In this document: positions 42,031 through 53,571 of the stretch, one piece after another
Numbering within the stretch: position 1 is the stretch's first letter
How the letters are laid out: every line of letters starts with the position of its first letter
Assembly (NCBI GenBank): GCA_965218585.1
Contig: CBDCLE010000024.1
Coordinates: 192,001 to 256,000 of the forward strand
DNA length: 64,000 nucleotides
Direction of reading: 5' to 3'
Source: Terriglobia bacterium
Lineage (GTDB): Bacteria; Acidobacteriota; Terriglobia; 20CM-2-55-15
The notes under the pieces: model-generated
Database searches by the model: none
What the model saw: only the letters and a program-made list of their open reading frames with translations
What the model was told of the DNA's origin: nothing
Position numbers and translations under genes: made by a program

Positions 42031-42567
42031 GCCGCTACAGGCCGACGTCTCAGGATGGGTTGTCCAAGTCTCGAAATCCTCGCCCGCCGCAGACAGCCGA
42101 ACTGAGGTCGAGGCTCCGGACCGGAGATCCGTTCGCTCAGTCGGGCCTAGCTCAGGGCCATCTCCCAAATGGACCTCGACTCGAACCCCGCACAACGTCT
42201 GGCCGGTCGTGTTCTCGACCGTCCCGACGAAGGCGCCTGCGGCGTCATCGAACGACAAGACAAGTTTTACGCCTCTTCGCGTGAGGTCCCAGGTGTCCTC
42301 GCGGCCGATATACAAACCGGATTCTTCTCCTTCCTCACCCTCCTCACCGTGCTCGCCTTCTTCTTCCTCTCCCTCACCACGGTGTTCCCCTTCTTCGCCT
42401 CGCTCACGTTCGCGCCCGGAGCGGGCCTGTCCGCTCGAGGCTTCTTCGATCTCAAAGGTTGATTCACTCGCCGCTTGGGAAATAGGCTCTTTTGAGAACA
42501 CGGCCATGCCAAAAGCGGTGACCATCGCAGCGACGATCACGAGCCATGTATAAGTTTGTTTCGACAT
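42031..42567 (-). CDS. Secreted protein with Glu/Gly/His-rich linker; no stop at the expected end
   Basis: Signal peptide, GEEGEH repeats, FVGTVENTT..VRVEVHL..HPE; the frame stays open antisense through the amidase to 40621. Confidence 0.6.
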
Positions 42568-42579
42568 ACAGATTTATCC

Positions 42580-42770
42580 CTCATTTTCGTGATGAAACAG
42601 TATGGATTGAGCTCGCCATCTTCACAACTCCGATGTTTTCCCCGGCGCCGCGCCGACCGATCAGCGTGTCGTTCGGCGGCCCGGACGAAAGGAAGCTTTT
42701 TGGAGTGGGCATCCGGGACGTGGAGATCATGTCCATCCCGCCCCCCGCCGCCGGAAAGAATATCTGGTAA
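42580..42770 (+). pseudogene. Possible SMP-30/gluconolactonase C-terminal remnant
   Basis: PAPRRPISVSFGGPDERKLF. Confidence 0.45.
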
Positions 42771-42869
42771 CCAATGGCGCGGGACTGCGTCTTATATGGG
42801 AATTGTTTAAATCAAAATGCGGCAGTGCGCGGTTTGTCTGGCGTGAAGGATTTCAAGAGGGAGGGACCG

Positions 42870-43757
42870 ATGAGGACTTGGCGAATCTGTTTAATGCTAT
42901 GCATAACCCTGTTGATCAGCTCGGTAGAGGGCGAGGCCCAGGTGAGAAACATGAATCCAGTCTGGTCGCCAGACGGGGCCCGATTGGCGTTCGTCAGCAA
43001 CCGCGACGGTAACCCCGAAATATACATCATGGATGCGACTGGAAAGACTCCAGAGAATGTAAGCCAAGATGAAGGACTCGACCTGAGTCCAGCGTGGTCG
43101 CACGACGGCACCCGGATCGCATGGGTGTCCAATCGCGATGGGCAGAACGACATTTATGTTCTCGAATTGACCGGCATGAACGTCCGTCGACTGACCGACA
43201 ATGGTGGCATACTGACGTCCTCCCTCTCCTGGTCACCCGATGACGAGTGGCTCGCACACGGTGTGGGCACGCACAGTGGCGCGAATCTGCACATCCAGCG
43301 GCTCGATCAAACTGAAACCGTCCAGCTCACAGACACCGTAGAGTTGGATGCCGCGCCGGCCTGGTCGCCTGACGGGACGAAGATCGCGTTTGCGTCCAAT
43401 CGTGAAGGAGACCTGGATATTTACGCACTCGATATTTACAGTCGAGCCGTCACCTCGATTGCCGGCTCCGCGGAAGAGGAAGGGTGGCCCAGTTGGTCAC
43501 CAGACGGTACGGGGATTACATTTTTCAGCGGGCGGGACGGAAACCTCGAGATCTATCTGTCGACTGGGGACGGATCGCAGCCCAGTAATCTCACGCTCGA
43601 TCCAGCCCGCGACTACGGGCCGGCATGGTCTCCTCTGGGCGATCAGATTGCGTTCGTGTCCGACCGCAATGGAAGTGAAGACATCTATTTAATAAGTCCG
43701 GATGAATTGACAAGTCCGGATGAGGAGAGCGTCGTTCAAGTTGACGTTCGGAAGTGA
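42870..43757 (+). CDS. TolB-like PD40 beta-propeller protein
   Basis: Six PxWSPDG..AFxSNRDG-type repeats; signal peptide. Confidence 0.92.
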   Translation: MRTWRICLMLCITLLISSVEGEAQVRNMNPVWSPDGARLAFVSNRDGNPEIYIMDATGKTPENVSQDEGLDLSPAWSHDGTRIAWVSNRDGQNDIYVLELTGMNVRRLTDNGGILTSSLSWSPDDEWLAHGVGTHSGANLHIQRLDQTETVQLTDTVELDAAPAWSPDGTKIAFASNREGDLDIYALDIYSRAVTSIAGSAEEEGWPSWSPDGTGITFFSGRDGNLEIYLSTGDGSQPSNLTLDPARDYGPAWSPLGDQIAFVSDRNGSEDIYLISPDELTSPDEESVVQVDVRK

Positions 43758-43823
43758 GAGTGCCCCCGAGTGAACCTCGAGGCCTGACCGGCGTGTCTGA
43801 AGAGGCTGGGGGATCGAACGAAC

Positions 43824-45662
43824 CTATCCTCCCCGACCTGCTGGTGTCGGCTCTTCTTCCTGCTCCGGCGTAAAGTCCTCGCCTGGATTGATGAACTGGT
43901 TCGTCTCGAACTGATACTGCCTGTCGTGTAGCTCTTTATAGCGGCCGTCCAAGGCCATGAGCTTGTCGTGACTGCCATGCTCGACGATCTCCCCGCCCTC
44001 CAATACCAGAATCTGATCCGCGCTACGAATTGTCGATAGCCTGTGAGCGATGACGAAACTTGTGCGGCCCCTTCGCAGCGCCCGCAACCCGTCCTGGATC
44101 ATCGCTTCGCTCTCTGAATCGAGACTGGACGTGGCTTCGTCGAGAATGAGAATGCGGGGATCGGCCAGGATCGCCCGGGCGATGGCCACCCGCTGCCGCT
44201 GGCCACCGGAGAGCTTTACTCCGCGTTCGCCGACGATCGTATCGTAGCCATTCTCAAAGCGGTCGATAAACTCCGCGCAATGGGCGATGCGGCAGGCAGT
44301 GGCCACTTCTTCCTTGCTCGCCGACGGATTCGCGAAAGCAACGTTCTCGCCGATCGTTCCATCGAACAGGAAGTTGTCCTGAAAAACAGCGCCAAGAAGG
44401 GTCCGGTACTCTCGCAACTTGAGGCCTGACAGATCCTTCCCGTCGATTAGCACCTGGCCTTGACGCGGCTGATTGAAGTTCAGTACGAGGCTGATGAGCG
44501 TGCTCTTACCGGAGCCGCTCGAACCCACCAGGGCAGTCGTCGATCCGGCCGGAGCCTCGAACGACACGTCCTTGAGAACCGGCACGCCTTCCTCATACTC
44601 GAACCAGACGCCCTGGAACTCTATGTCGCCAGCCAACTCGCCGATTGGAGAGCGCTCGGCGTCTTCGTCGTCCTCGGTCCGCATTGCCATGATTTCCCGG
44701 ATCCGGTCCAGCCCGGCGAAGGCTTCGGTGATCTGTGTTCCGATGTTGGCCAACTGCGCAACGGGCATCGCCATGGTGCCTGTGAAGGCGACGTACATGA
44801 ACAGGTCACCGACCGTCATGTCGCCGCGGACAACGGCCCGGCCGCCAATTACAAAGATCACCAGGCCGATCGTACCGATAACAGCGGAAGAAAACGCCAT
44901 CACGAAAGACGTCCCGGTCATCGATTTGGCAATGTTTCGGAACAGCTTGTGAACGAGTCGCGCAAACACCAGGTCTTCGCGCCGCTCTGCCGTGTAGGTC
45001 TTGATGACCCGGACGCCCGAGAGGGATTCCGATAGCCGCCCCGTGACATTTGCGTTCAACTCGCCTCGCATCCGAAACAGGGGACGCAAGCGCTTGAAGG
45101 TAGCCGCCAACACGGCGCCGAACAGTCCCAAAACTGCGATCGTGATCAGCGTCAGATACCAATTCAGATAGAACAATACGCCCATTGCCAGCAGAGCCGT
45201 CAGAACACCGCCTGTCAATTGAACAAGTCCTGTGCCGACGAGATTGCGGATGCCCTCGGCGTCAGTCATGATTCGTGAAATCAATTGGCCCGTCTTCATC
45301 GAGTCGAAGTAACTGACAGGCAACCGGCTGACATGTTCGAAAACGCGTTTGCGCATCTCCGTGATCGCCCGCTGCGCGGCCACGCCCATGATTTGCGACA
45401 ACGCGAACGTCGTAATGGCTTGAAACAAGGTGGCGCCAGCGACGACAAAGGCGACAGTCAGGAGAAGTTCCGTCCGTCCATTGCCGATCACCTCGTCAAT
45501 GACGTACTTGGTCGATGCCGGCATGACCAGGCCGAGCACTCTGTTGACCAGCATGAGGCCCAGTCCAAGCATCAGGCGCCGCCGGTGCCGGTGTACCAGG
45601 GACCTGGCTTCGATCATCGCGTTGGAGTAATCGACTTTCTTTTTCGGCTTCTCTTCGCTCAT
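43824..45662 (-). CDS. ABC exporter (MsbA-like TMD+NBD)
   Basis: GSSGSGKST, LSGGQRQR, ILDEATS. Confidence 0.95.
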   Translation of the reverse strand: MSEEKPKKKVDYSNAMIEARSLVHRHRRRLMLGLGLMLVNRVLGLVMPASTKYVIDEVIGNGRTELLLTVAFVVAGATLFQAITTFALSQIMGVAAQRAITEMRKRVFEHVSRLPVSYFDSMKTGQLISRIMTDAEGIRNLVGTGLVQLTGGVLTALLAMGVLFYLNWYLTLITIAVLGLFGAVLAATFKRLRPLFRMRGELNANVTGRLSESLSGVRVIKTYTAERREDLVFARLVHKLFRNIAKSMTGTSFVMAFSSAVIGTIGLVIFVIGGRAVVRGDMTVGDLFMYVAFTGTMAMPVAQLANIGTQITEAFAGLDRIREIMAMRTEDDEDAERSPIGELAGDIEFQGVWFEYEEGVPVLKDVSFEAPAGSTTALVGSSGSGKSTLISLVLNFNQPRQGQVLIDGKDLSGLKLREYRTLLGAVFQDNFLFDGTIGENVAFANPSASKEEVATACRIAHCAEFIDRFENGYDTIVGERGVKLSGGQRQRVAIARAILADPRILILDEATSSLDSESEAMIQDGLRALRRGRTSFVIAHRLSTIRSADQILVLEGGEIVEHGSHDKLMALDGRYKELHDRQYQFETNQFINPGEDFTPEQEEEPTPAGRGG

Positions 45663-45926
45663 GCTCAACCTATAGTACACGGTGCCTAGCGTGTCGCGCT
45701 ATTGCCGCGCCAATTCGGCCGGTACTGTAATTCCTGAGGTCAATTCGGGACAGATTCTATTAACGGAAGCTCGGAAGCGGACCCACACCTCAGCAGAAAC
45801 CGACAAGCGGGCCCGGGACGAGACCATCCCGAGGCTGTGCGGCGGCCTCAAGATGGTTAAGATCATCGTGATCCCGACGTGTAAAATATAGCTCTCACAA
45901 AACCAACATCAGAAAGGTGATCCAGC

Positions 45927-47150
45927 ATGGAAATCTCTTCGAGCACTTCTGTCCCGACGGTATGGCCCAGGTCGATCCGCGCCATCGCAGTCCTTGGCGC
46001 AGTAGCAATATTGGGCCTTGCCAATTCGATCCAGGCGCAGCTGCCACCTCCACCGGGCGAGACTTTCGACGTAGTTAGCATCGCCGGCGGGCTCTCCAAC
46101 CCGTGGAGCGTGACCTTTCTGCCGGGCGGTGACATGTTAGTTACTGAAAGAGGCGGCCAGCTACGCATTATCAGGGACGGGAACCTGCTACCCGACCCCG
46201 TGGGGGGCGTCCCCGCGGTGCGCGCTGTAGGTCAGGGCGGCCTGCATGATGTCGTGCTCCATCCCGATTTCGAATCCAACCGGATGATCTATCTCAGTTA
46301 CGCTAAAGGGAATGAGGACGACTCGCTGGGCACGACTGCACTCGCTCGAGCCCGCTTCGAAGACGACCGCCTGGTCGATCTCGAGGAGATCTTCGAAGCA
46401 GACGCATGGTCAGACACACCCGGGCATTTTGGGGCCCGAATCGCTTTCGGTCCGGAGGGGTATCTGTTCATGTCGGTCGGTGACCGGATGGCCGGCCTTT
46501 CCGAAAGTGGCATGGACCCGGACCTCGAGGGTCATCCCTCGCAGGACAACCGAAACCATCAGGGAACGATAGTGCGTCTGAATGAAGACGGCAGCGTTCC
46601 CGCTGACAACCCGTTCGTTGGGCGAGCTGGGATGCGCCCGGAGATCTGGAGTTCCGGCCACCGAAATCAGCAGGGTCTGGCCGTTGATCCCGAAACCGGA
46701 GAGCTGTGGGCGACAGAACACGGGCCGCAGGGCGGCGATGAGCTCAACCTCATACGTCGCGGTGCCAACTACGGGTGGCCAGTTGTCGGGTACGGCGTCA
46801 ACTACTTTATCGGCACGGAAATCCATGCTTCTCGGTATCGTGGTGGGATGGAACAGCCGACGGCATTCTGGGTGCCATCGATCGGATCCTCAGGCCTGGC
46901 CTTTTATCAAGGGGACGAATTTCCCAACTGGCAGGGCAACGTGTTTGTCGGCGGGATGGCGGCGGATTATCGGCGTCTGGTCAGACTTTCCATAGACGGT
47001 CAGACGGTGACGACCAGGCAACCGCTGCTGGTGGGAACTTATCGCATTCGTGATGTGCGTGTCGGTCCGGACGGTTTAGTTTATCTGGCTCTCGACGACA
47101 CTGATGGTCAACCGGGCGAAGTTGTTCGGTTGGAACCTACTGAAGAGTGA
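45927..47150 (+). CDS. PQQ-dependent sugar dehydrogenase (GSDH)
   Basis: GQGGLHDV, GHRNQQG, TEHGPQGGDELN. Confidence 0.94.
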   Translation: MEISSSTSVPTVWPRSIRAIAVLGAVAILGLANSIQAQLPPPPGETFDVVSIAGGLSNPWSVTFLPGGDMLVTERGGQLRIIRDGNLLPDPVGGVPAVRAVGQGGLHDVVLHPDFESNRMIYLSYAKGNEDDSLGTTALARARFEDDRLVDLEEIFEADAWSDTPGHFGARIAFGPEGYLFMSVGDRMAGLSESGMDPDLEGHPSQDNRNHQGTIVRLNEDGSVPADNPFVGRAGMRPEIWSSGHRNQQGLAVDPETGELWATEHGPQGGDELNLIRRGANYGWPVVGYGVNYFIGTEIHASRYRGGMEQPTAFWVPSIGSSGLAFYQGDEFPNWQGNVFVGGMAADYRRLVRLSIDGQTVTTRQPLLVGTYRIRDVRVGPDGLVYLALDDTDGQPGEVVRLEPTEE

Positions 47151-47231
47151 GCGAGGCAGCCGCGTTCCTGATCCTTTCCTGATGATGGATATGTTCCCTA
47201 CAACGCTGCTGCAGCGTATAATCGTCACATC

Positions 47232-47951
47232 GTGAAGAAGCTCATCGGTCTCGCCTTACTACTAGTCGTGTTTGTGTTGCAGGGAACGGCCGACGTGCGT
47301 CAATCGGAGTCGGAGTTTGTGTTTGCCAGGGTTCAATTCAACATGAACTTCGAAGCGGTTTTCGAAAGCGAGGCTCCCTGGCACCATGACTATCCGTATT
47401 CGGAAAACTTCTTCTTGGGAATAATCCGGGAGCTCACTGCTGTTCACGCGTTGGCAGATGCTTACCAGATTGTGCAACTCGACAGCCCGGACATCTTTCA
47501 CTACCCGTTCCTGTACGCTTCCGAACCCGGCTACATGGCTTTGACGGACCAGGAAATTGAGAACCTCCGTGAATATTTCGATCGGGGCGGATTTCTGATG
47601 TTCGACGATTTCCGTGGACGGGATCTGGGAAATCTTCGAGCACAGATGGAGAAAGTGTTCCCGGAGCGGGAAATGTTCCAATTGGATCCTGGCCAACCGA
47701 TCTTCAATAGTTTCTTTTCGATCGAGTCACTGGAAATGCTGCCGCCGTACTATGACGCGCGCTTTCTGGGTGAAGCCGCCCAGTTCTGGGGCATGCAGGA
47801 CGATTATGGCCGCCTGATCATGATCGCGAACCAGAACAACGATTTTGGCGAATACTGGGAGTGGGTCGACCGGGCTGAAATGCCCTTCCAGCCGGCTGCG
47901 TTGTCGGTCAGGTTCGGTGTCAACTACCTGATCTACGCCCTGATGCACTGA
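47232..47951 (+). CDS. DUF4159 domain protein
   Basis: WHHDYP, YPFLY, GGFLMFDDF, GVNYLIYALMH. Confidence 0.88.
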   Translation: MKKLIGLALLLVVFVLQGTADVRQSESEFVFARVQFNMNFEAVFESEAPWHHDYPYSENFFLGIIRELTAVHALADAYQIVQLDSPDIFHYPFLYASEPGYMALTDQEIENLREYFDRGGFLMFDDFRGRDLGNLRAQMEKVFPEREMFQLDPGQPIFNSFFSIESLEMLPPYYDARFLGEAAQFWGMQDDYGRLIMIANQNNDFGEYWEWVDRAEMPFQPAALSVRFGVNYLIYALMH

Positions 47952-48089
47952 CCGCAGAGCGGTTGGCTACTTCCGACTGAGTTGAGATTTCGCTGCCTCC
48001 CGAACGACTCCTCTCTTAAAGTCGCACTCAGCCCCAGGGAAGTGCGGGGGAATGGCGAACCGGAGACCCAAAGGCCGGCATGACCGGCA

Positions 48090-49451
48090 TCAGGGGTTTC
48101 GAAGTTCCCTGAACAGTATCTCGACTCTTTCGTTCAATCTCCTGGTTTCGGGATCGTCGTTTGAAGCGATGGGGCGTGTTGTGCCGAAGCCCTCGGCCTG
48201 AAGGTTGTCTTCCAGGATGCCCAGGTCCAGAAGATAGACTCTTACCGCTTCGGCTCTTTCTTCCGACAGGGTGAGGTTTCTCGATGCAGGTCCTGAATCG
48301 CTCGTGTGGCCCTCGATTCGAATTTCGGGCGTCTCGTCCAGGCCAATGATGCCGGCCAGAAGCGCCAGGAATTCACGGCCTTCCGCCTCGAACTCTTCGC
48401 TGTTGGTTTCGAAGTAGCGCGCGGGCAGGGTCACCATCAGACCGCGAGCTGTTTCTCTGGCGCCGGCTCCTATCATCAACGCATCTCGAAGAGGGGGCCA
48501 CCGATCCCCCAGACGCGCGACCTCGGCTTCGAGCGAGCTCACCAGCCGGTTGGCTTCCGTGATTTCGAGGTCCAGCGAGCGGTTGTCATTCTGTGCCGCC
48601 CGAAGGTCAGTTTGTAATTCGGTCATGCGAGCGCCTGTCTCTTCCTGACGTCGATCGAGCCGGGCGAGTTCCTGCTCCATCTGCCGGTTTTGTTGTTCAA
48701 GCAATTCCGCACGACGTGCCATCTCGGCCAACTGATTCGAGACGACCTGATCCCGGGCCGAACGAGCGGCGAGGGCCGAGAGGCGGATCGAGTCGTTCAC
48801 GTAAGGCAGGAGCACCTCCATCGGCATGTTTCGCCTTAGGAGTTCTTCCATCGAGTCCAGTGCCACCCGGGCTCTTCTGTAGTCGGGCTCGGCCAACTGG
48901 GCTGCGTCCGCAGATTCCGCTACGAGGAAAGCCATTCGGGCCTCGGTGATCCGTCGAGGCAAGGCACCCTGGGGCGGCAGAGAGATTGAGGAGTAATCGT
49001 GAGCTCCGACCTCTACGTTGAGCGGTTCGACACGGATATCATCGTCTCGCGGGGGCTGGCTTCTGAAACCGACGATCTGGCTGGGTGTGGCGACCATGAA
49101 GTGGGGTTCGGCCGTGACAATGATCCCGAAACGCTGCAGGGAAGTCGTAGTGTCCAGCTCCGCTTCGCGTCCGTCCACTTCGAGCTCTCCGAGGTTTTCG
49201 AATTCGCCTTCCGGTGAGATCGCCCAGACGACGTAAGAACGCATCATCGGATCGAGGTTCGAGAGAGTTTCGATCCGGTCAATCCGCACCTCAAGCCGGC
49301 TGATTGTCTCTTCCCGGCGAACCTCGACCTCTCCGTTGGGTGACAGCGGCACGTCGACCCCGGAGTCTGGGGGAAAGGTGACCAGGCTCAGGTCGATGGC
49401 GCCGGATTGCGCTGCGACGAGAATAAGAGTGAGGAAAACGTTTGAAACCAT
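48090..49451 (-). CDS. OmpA-family protein with coiled coil
   Basis: IEGHT..NLTLSEERAEAV..GFG..PIASN..RVEI. Confidence 0.88.
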   Translation of the reverse strand: MVSNVFLTLILVAAQSGAIDLSLVTFPPDSGVDVPLSPNGEVEVRREETISRLEVRIDRIETLSNLDPMMRSYVVWAISPEGEFENLGELEVDGREAELDTTTSLQRFGIIVTAEPHFMVATPSQIVGFRSQPPRDDDIRVEPLNVEVGAHDYSSISLPPQGALPRRITEARMAFLVAESADAAQLAEPDYRRARVALDSMEELLRRNMPMEVLLPYVNDSIRLSALAARSARDQVVSNQLAEMARRAELLEQQNRQMEQELARLDRRQEETGARMTELQTDLRAAQNDNRSLDLEITEANRLVSSLEAEVARLGDRWPPLRDALMIGAGARETARGLMVTLPARYFETNSEEFEAEGREFLALLAGIIGLDETPEIRIEGHTSDSGPASRNLTLSEERAEAVRVYLLDLGILEDNLQAEGFGTTRPIASNDDPETRRLNERVEILFRELRNP

Positions 49452-49771
49452 TCGCCTATTGAACAATCGGACATGCTTCGATTTCAACTAGTTTCCCCAC
49501 TTGGAACCCGATCTCCTGGGCGGTGGCGCATGTGATATCGCCTGGATTCGCAGATCGGTCCGCGTGTTCTGGGGGGCTCTGGTTTACACATAACCTGTTC
49601 ATTATAAGAATGTTAGATCCTGTGCGAACTTGTTTCGCTGGACTGCCCTGGCCGGAATATGTATCCTGATACCGCCTCCCCGCTCAGGTAACCTTTGTTT
49701 CGAGAAATCGTTCCGGCTGGATTTCAATCACGTTCTCATATGTTGGGGTGTTGTCGGGGCAAGGAGTAACG

Positions 49772-50203
49772 ATGAATCTTCTCAAAGTAGGAAAGAAACC
49801 CGTGGTGATCGCCTCTAAGGCGACCGTGATGGATGCCCTCGAGGCAATGGAAAAAGCCACTGTCGGCGCAGTCCTGATCATAGATGGCGAGCAGCTGAAC
49901 GGAGTTTTTACGGAGCGTGACCTGCTCCTGAAGGTCGTCCTGAAGAAGAAGGACCCCGAATCGACTCCGGTGACCGAAGTCATGACGGCACCTGTCCTTA
50001 CGATTCAGAAGGACAAGGAGCCGGATGATGTGTTGAAAGTTATGCAGGATAAACACATTCGACACCTCCCGCTCGTCAACAGTGAAGGAAAGGTCGAAGG
50101 CATGATCTCAATCCGCCATCTGCTGACCGAAAAGATAGAGCACCTGACCCAGGAACTGGATTCGCTTGAAGCTTATATTTCGGCTGACGGCATCGGCGGC
50201 TAG
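49772..50203 (+). CDS. CBS domain protein
   Basis: GVFTERD, HIRHLP; RBS aggag. Confidence 0.92.
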   Translation: MNLLKVGKKPVVIASKATVMDALEAMEKATVGAVLIIDGEQLNGVFTERDLLLKVVLKKKDPESTPVTEVMTAPVLTIQKDKEPDDVLKVMQDKHIRHLPLVNSEGKVEGMISIRHLLTEKIEHLTQELDSLEAYISADGIGG

Positions 50204-50406
50204 TGTGTCCGACTGCCACTTGCGATCACAGCCCTGCCTCTGGTGGCGAGCCGAGATGCCGCCCGAGCAGGACTTTGTCTATCACTGCCTGACTTAATCG
50301 ATTCCTGTCCTTCTTAAATTCGCTCGAGTACTCACCACTGGTCGTTGACTGCGATATCTTCAACAGCTAAAGTGCCTCAGCAACTCTTCTTCTGACGGAG
50401 GCATGA

Positions 50407-52083
50407 ATGGCGCTGTACGCTCTGGCCGCACTCGTTCCGGTTCTGGCAGTGATGTTCTTTTTGGTCGTTCTGCGTTGGCCCGCGACCCGGGCGATGCCCG
50501 TTGCCTATGTGTTGACCGTTGTGGTCGCGTTGTGGATATGGGGCGTTCCCGTGATCCATATCATCGCGGCAACGTTCCGGGGTGGGGTAATTGCGCTCAC
50601 GCTGCTGTGGATCATTTTTGGTGCAATCCTGCTCTTGTTTACGCTGCGGGAGAGCGGCGCGGTCACGACTATACGGCGAGGGTTCATGGGAATATCCAAG
50701 GACCGCCGTGTTCAGCTTATTATCGTGGCTTGGCTCTTCGGTTCCTTCATTGAAGGAGCGGCCGGATTCGGTACGCCAGCCGCAGTAGCATCCCCACTCC
50801 TGTTGGCTCTCGGTTTCCCAGCGCTGGCGGCCGTTATGGCGACGCTGATTATTCAGAGTACGCCGGTCAGCTTCGGTGCCGTCGGCACGCCGATCATGGT
50901 CGGAATGGGACAGTCTCTCAACGTGCCGTTGGTCGAAGAGGCGCTCTCGGCGGAAGGTATCGCGTACGCTGATTTTCTTTACCAGATCGGTATGTTCACG
51001 GCGATTCCCCATGCGATAGCCGGAACGTTGATTCCTCTGATCATCGTGTGTATGACCACACGATTCTTTGGTGAGAACCGATCGTTTCGAGAGGGACTGG
51101 GGGCCTGGAAGTTCTGTCTGTTCGCCGGCCTTAGCTTCGTCGTTCCGTACGTCTTGGTCGCCATATTCCTGGGTCCGGAATTCCCCAGTCTCCTCGGTGC
51201 ACTGATCGGTTTGGCGATCGTCGTGACCGGTTCCCGTGCCGGGTTGTTTCAACCGAAAGGCGAGCCCTGGGATTTTCCGCCCAGAAGTCAGTGGGAGGCA
51301 GGCTGGATCGGGAACATTGTTGCGGACGCCGGTGAGGAGCGTCGTCACATGACGCTCTTTCTGGCCTGGGTACCCTACCTGCTCGTGGCTGCGCTTCTGG
51401 TCGTCACGCGTCTGCCCTTTTTGCCGTTCCAGAGTTATTTGAGTTCCGTGAGTTGGAACTGGGCGAACATTTTGGGGACAAGCTTGTCCCAGAGTGTTGA
51501 GCCACTCTACTCTCCCGGTACGATCTTTATTCTGGTTGCGCTGGCGACGATCGTTCTCCACAAGATGACCCGCAAAGAGACGAGCTTTGCGTGGACGGAC
51601 GCGGCTCACAAGATGGCTGGTCCAGCCCTGGCTCTGGTCTTCGCGGTGGGTTTGGTCCGGGTGTTTATCGATTCCAATACGAACATATCGGGTCTGGACA
51701 GCATGCCGCTTGTCCTAGCTGAGTACGTAGCTGGAATCGCGCAGGGTACCTGGCCCTTCTTCGCGCCGATTATTGGTGCTATGGGTGCGTTTGTGGCTGG
51801 AAGCAATACAGTCAGCGATCTGATGTTTGCGCTGTTTCAGTACGGGGTTGCGGACAACATCGGGACATCGCGCATCGTGATCCTGGGTCTACAAGCTGTT
51901 GGGGGAGCCGCGGGTAACATGATCTGCGTGCACAACGTTGTGGCGGCCAGTGCTACTGTGGGTCTTGTCGGTAAGGAGGGTGCTCTGATTCGTCGGACGA
52001 TTCTGCCGATGACTTACTACGTGGTGGTTGCCGGGGCGCTCGGACTTCTCTTTTCCTACGTCCTGTTCCCGAACATGTTTTGA
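50407..52083 (+). CDS. lldP: L-lactate permease
   Basis: [30 protein letters not shown]. Confidence 0.93.
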   Translation: MALYALAALVPVLAVMFFLVVLRWPATRAMPVAYVLTVVVALWIWGVPVIHIIAATFRGGVIALTLLWIIFGAILLLFTLRESGAVTTIRRGFMGISKDRRVQLIIVAWLFGSFIEGAAGFGTPAAVASPLLLALGFPALAAVMATLIIQSTPVSFGAVGTPIMVGMGQSLNVPLVEEALSAEGIAYADFLYQIGMFTAIPHAIAGTLIPLIIVCMTTRFFGENRSFREGLGAWKFCLFAGLSFVVPYVLVAIFLGPEFPSLLGALIGLAIVVTGSRAGLFQPKGEPWDFPPRSQWEAGWIGNIVADAGEERRHMTLFLAWVPYLLVAALLVVTRLPFLPFQSYLSSVSWNWANILGTSLSQSVEPLYSPGTIFILVALATIVLHKMTRKETSFAWTDAAHKMAGPALALVFAVGLVRVFIDSNTNISGLDSMPLVLAEYVAGIAQGTWPFFAPIIGAMGAFVAGSNTVSDLMFALFQYGVADNIGTSRIVILGLQAVGGAAGNMICVHNVVAASATVGLVGKEGALIRRTILPMTYYVVVAGALGLLFSYVLFPNMF

Positions 52084-52177
52084 ATCGTTCAGGGCTTTTA
52101 GCCCTCAGCCCTCAGCTGTGAGTCTTGATGCAGGCTCGGCTTCGAAACCGATAGCTGACAGCCTGACGCCGTCCAGC

Positions 52178-52528
52178 TTAACTTGCCTTCTTATGCATCG
52201 CCTGGTGCTTTGCGGCCAGGTGTATTTTCTTGATCTGCCGCTTCAGGTCATGGACCTTCCGTCGCAGTTCTCTTAGATTCTTGTGGTCATTGGCCTCGAT
52301 CAGCTGGGCCCGCTGAGTTTTCAGCTCCTGGATCTGTTTCTTGAGATCGCTCTTGCTGTGGACCGTTGCGTCAGCCAACTCTTCGTGTGGTTTTTCGATG
52401 CCCAATACTCCGGCCAATTCTTCGATCAGCTGGGCTTTGTTCTTTCCGCTGACTGCACTGAGTCCCTTCTCGTGCGCTTCTTCGCGAAGCTTCACGACCG
52501 TCATTTTCTCCAGATCATGCCATTCCAT
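52178..52528 (-). CDS. Small basic protein with Rho-N-like helix-extension-helix
   Basis: LEKMTVVKLREEA..SGKNKAQLI. Confidence 0.7.
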   Translation of the reverse strand: MEWHDLEKMTVVKLREEAHEKGLSAVSGKNKAQLIEELAGVLGIEKPHEELADATVHSKSDLKKQIQELKTQRAQLIEANDHKNLRELRRKVHDLKRQIKKIHLAAKHQAMHKKAS

Positions 52529-52749
52529 TTGAGGAAACCTTTCTCCCGGGCGAGCAAAAACCAGGGTCCAGACTGCCCGGGCCGTGACAGCTTATCGAAC
52601 GGAATGTGTGCAGGTCAAATATCGGCCGGTGCGGCCTATGACCACACGTCGTATTCATTTGACTGTGCGCCGATAGAGCGCATCTATCAGAAGAAGGTAC
52701 AATTGCAAGGACTGTACCTGGAGAGGGGGCCTTTGGCTGAAAGAGTGTC

Positions 52750-53571
52750 ATGTCCGGACCACTGGAAAACCGAACCGTAGCGATCACAGAGCATCGTTTT
52801 GAGAATGAATTGATGACTCTGATCGAAAGACATGGTGCCCGGGTTCTTTCCTGTCCGCTGCTGGAAGAGCGTCCGGTCGGGAACCGGTTTGAGTTACAGG
52901 TCTTTATAAGAGAACTCATCGCGGATGGATTCGACTTCATGGTGTTTTTCACGGGAGTCGGTGCCCGGTTTATTGCCCAAGAGGCCGATACGATGGAGCA
53001 GTCGGATCAATACAGGCAAGCGCTCGGCGGAATGAAAGTCGTGGCTCGGGGCAACAAACCCAGATCAGCGTTGGCGAAGCTGGGATTAGGTGTAGATCTG
53101 GCGCCAGAAAAAGCGACTTCTGAAGGTTTGCTCGAACTGCTCGCGGAGGAAGGGATCGATGGAAAACGCGTCGGGGTTCAGCTCTACGGCAGCCCGAACC
53201 CGGATTTCATCGCGGGCCTGGAAAACCTTGGGGCTCGGATCACAGTCGTTCAGGTCTACAACTATGGCCCGGCTTCGGATTCGGAGCGGGTGGTCGGTTT
53301 TATCGATACACTACTTTCCGGCGAAGTTGACGTGATCACCTTTACCAGTGCGCCGCAGGTCGAGTCTCTCTTCGACACTGCCAATACGGCGGGCCGAGCA
53401 GGGAAACTCGGTGTCGCTTTGAACGAGAAAATCTCTGTTGCAGCAGTGGGCGAAGTAACCGAGCGGGCGTTGGTTGGCTACGGGATCACCGTGCGGATTC
53501 TTCCCAGGGCGCCAAAGATGGGCCCTCTGGCGGATGCGATTGCTCAGTATTTCGACAAGAGACAATGGTGA
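52750..53571 (+). CDS. hemD: Uroporphyrinogen-III synthase
   Basis: FFTGVG, VARGNKP, ITFTSAPQV, AVGEVT; next to cysG. Confidence 0.9.
   Translation: MSGPLENRTVAITEHRFENELMTLIERHGARVLSCPLLEERPVGNRFELQVFIRELIADGFDFMVFFTGVGARFIAQEADTMEQSDQYRQALGGMKVVARGNKPRSALAKLGLGVDLAPEKATSEGLLELLAEEGIDGKRVGVQLYGSPNPDFIAGLENLGARITVVQVYNYGPASDSERVVGFIDTLLSGEVDVITFTSAPQVESLFDTANTAGRAGKLGVALNEKISVAAVGEVTERALVGYGITVRILPRAPKMGPLADAIAQYFDKRQW

Noticed and set aside
43694-43723. 12-nt duplication aagtccggatga at the end of the TolB-like gene
   Set aside because: In-frame micro-duplication in the tail with no evident function.
47970-48015. Possible extra junction core (ttccgactgagttgag)
   Set aside because: No 11-6-11 spacing and only a partial match; could be chance.
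50377-51609. 410-aa minus ORF, and similar ones at 32890-33921, 9457-10269, 12669-13397 and 28737-29492
   Set aside because: Antisense shadows of well-supported genes in GC-rich DNA, with no recognisable motifs.
52090-52177. Short tcagcc/ctgacagc repeats here and at 11590-11620
   Set aside because: Too short and irregular to define an element; may be simple terminator-like palindromes.
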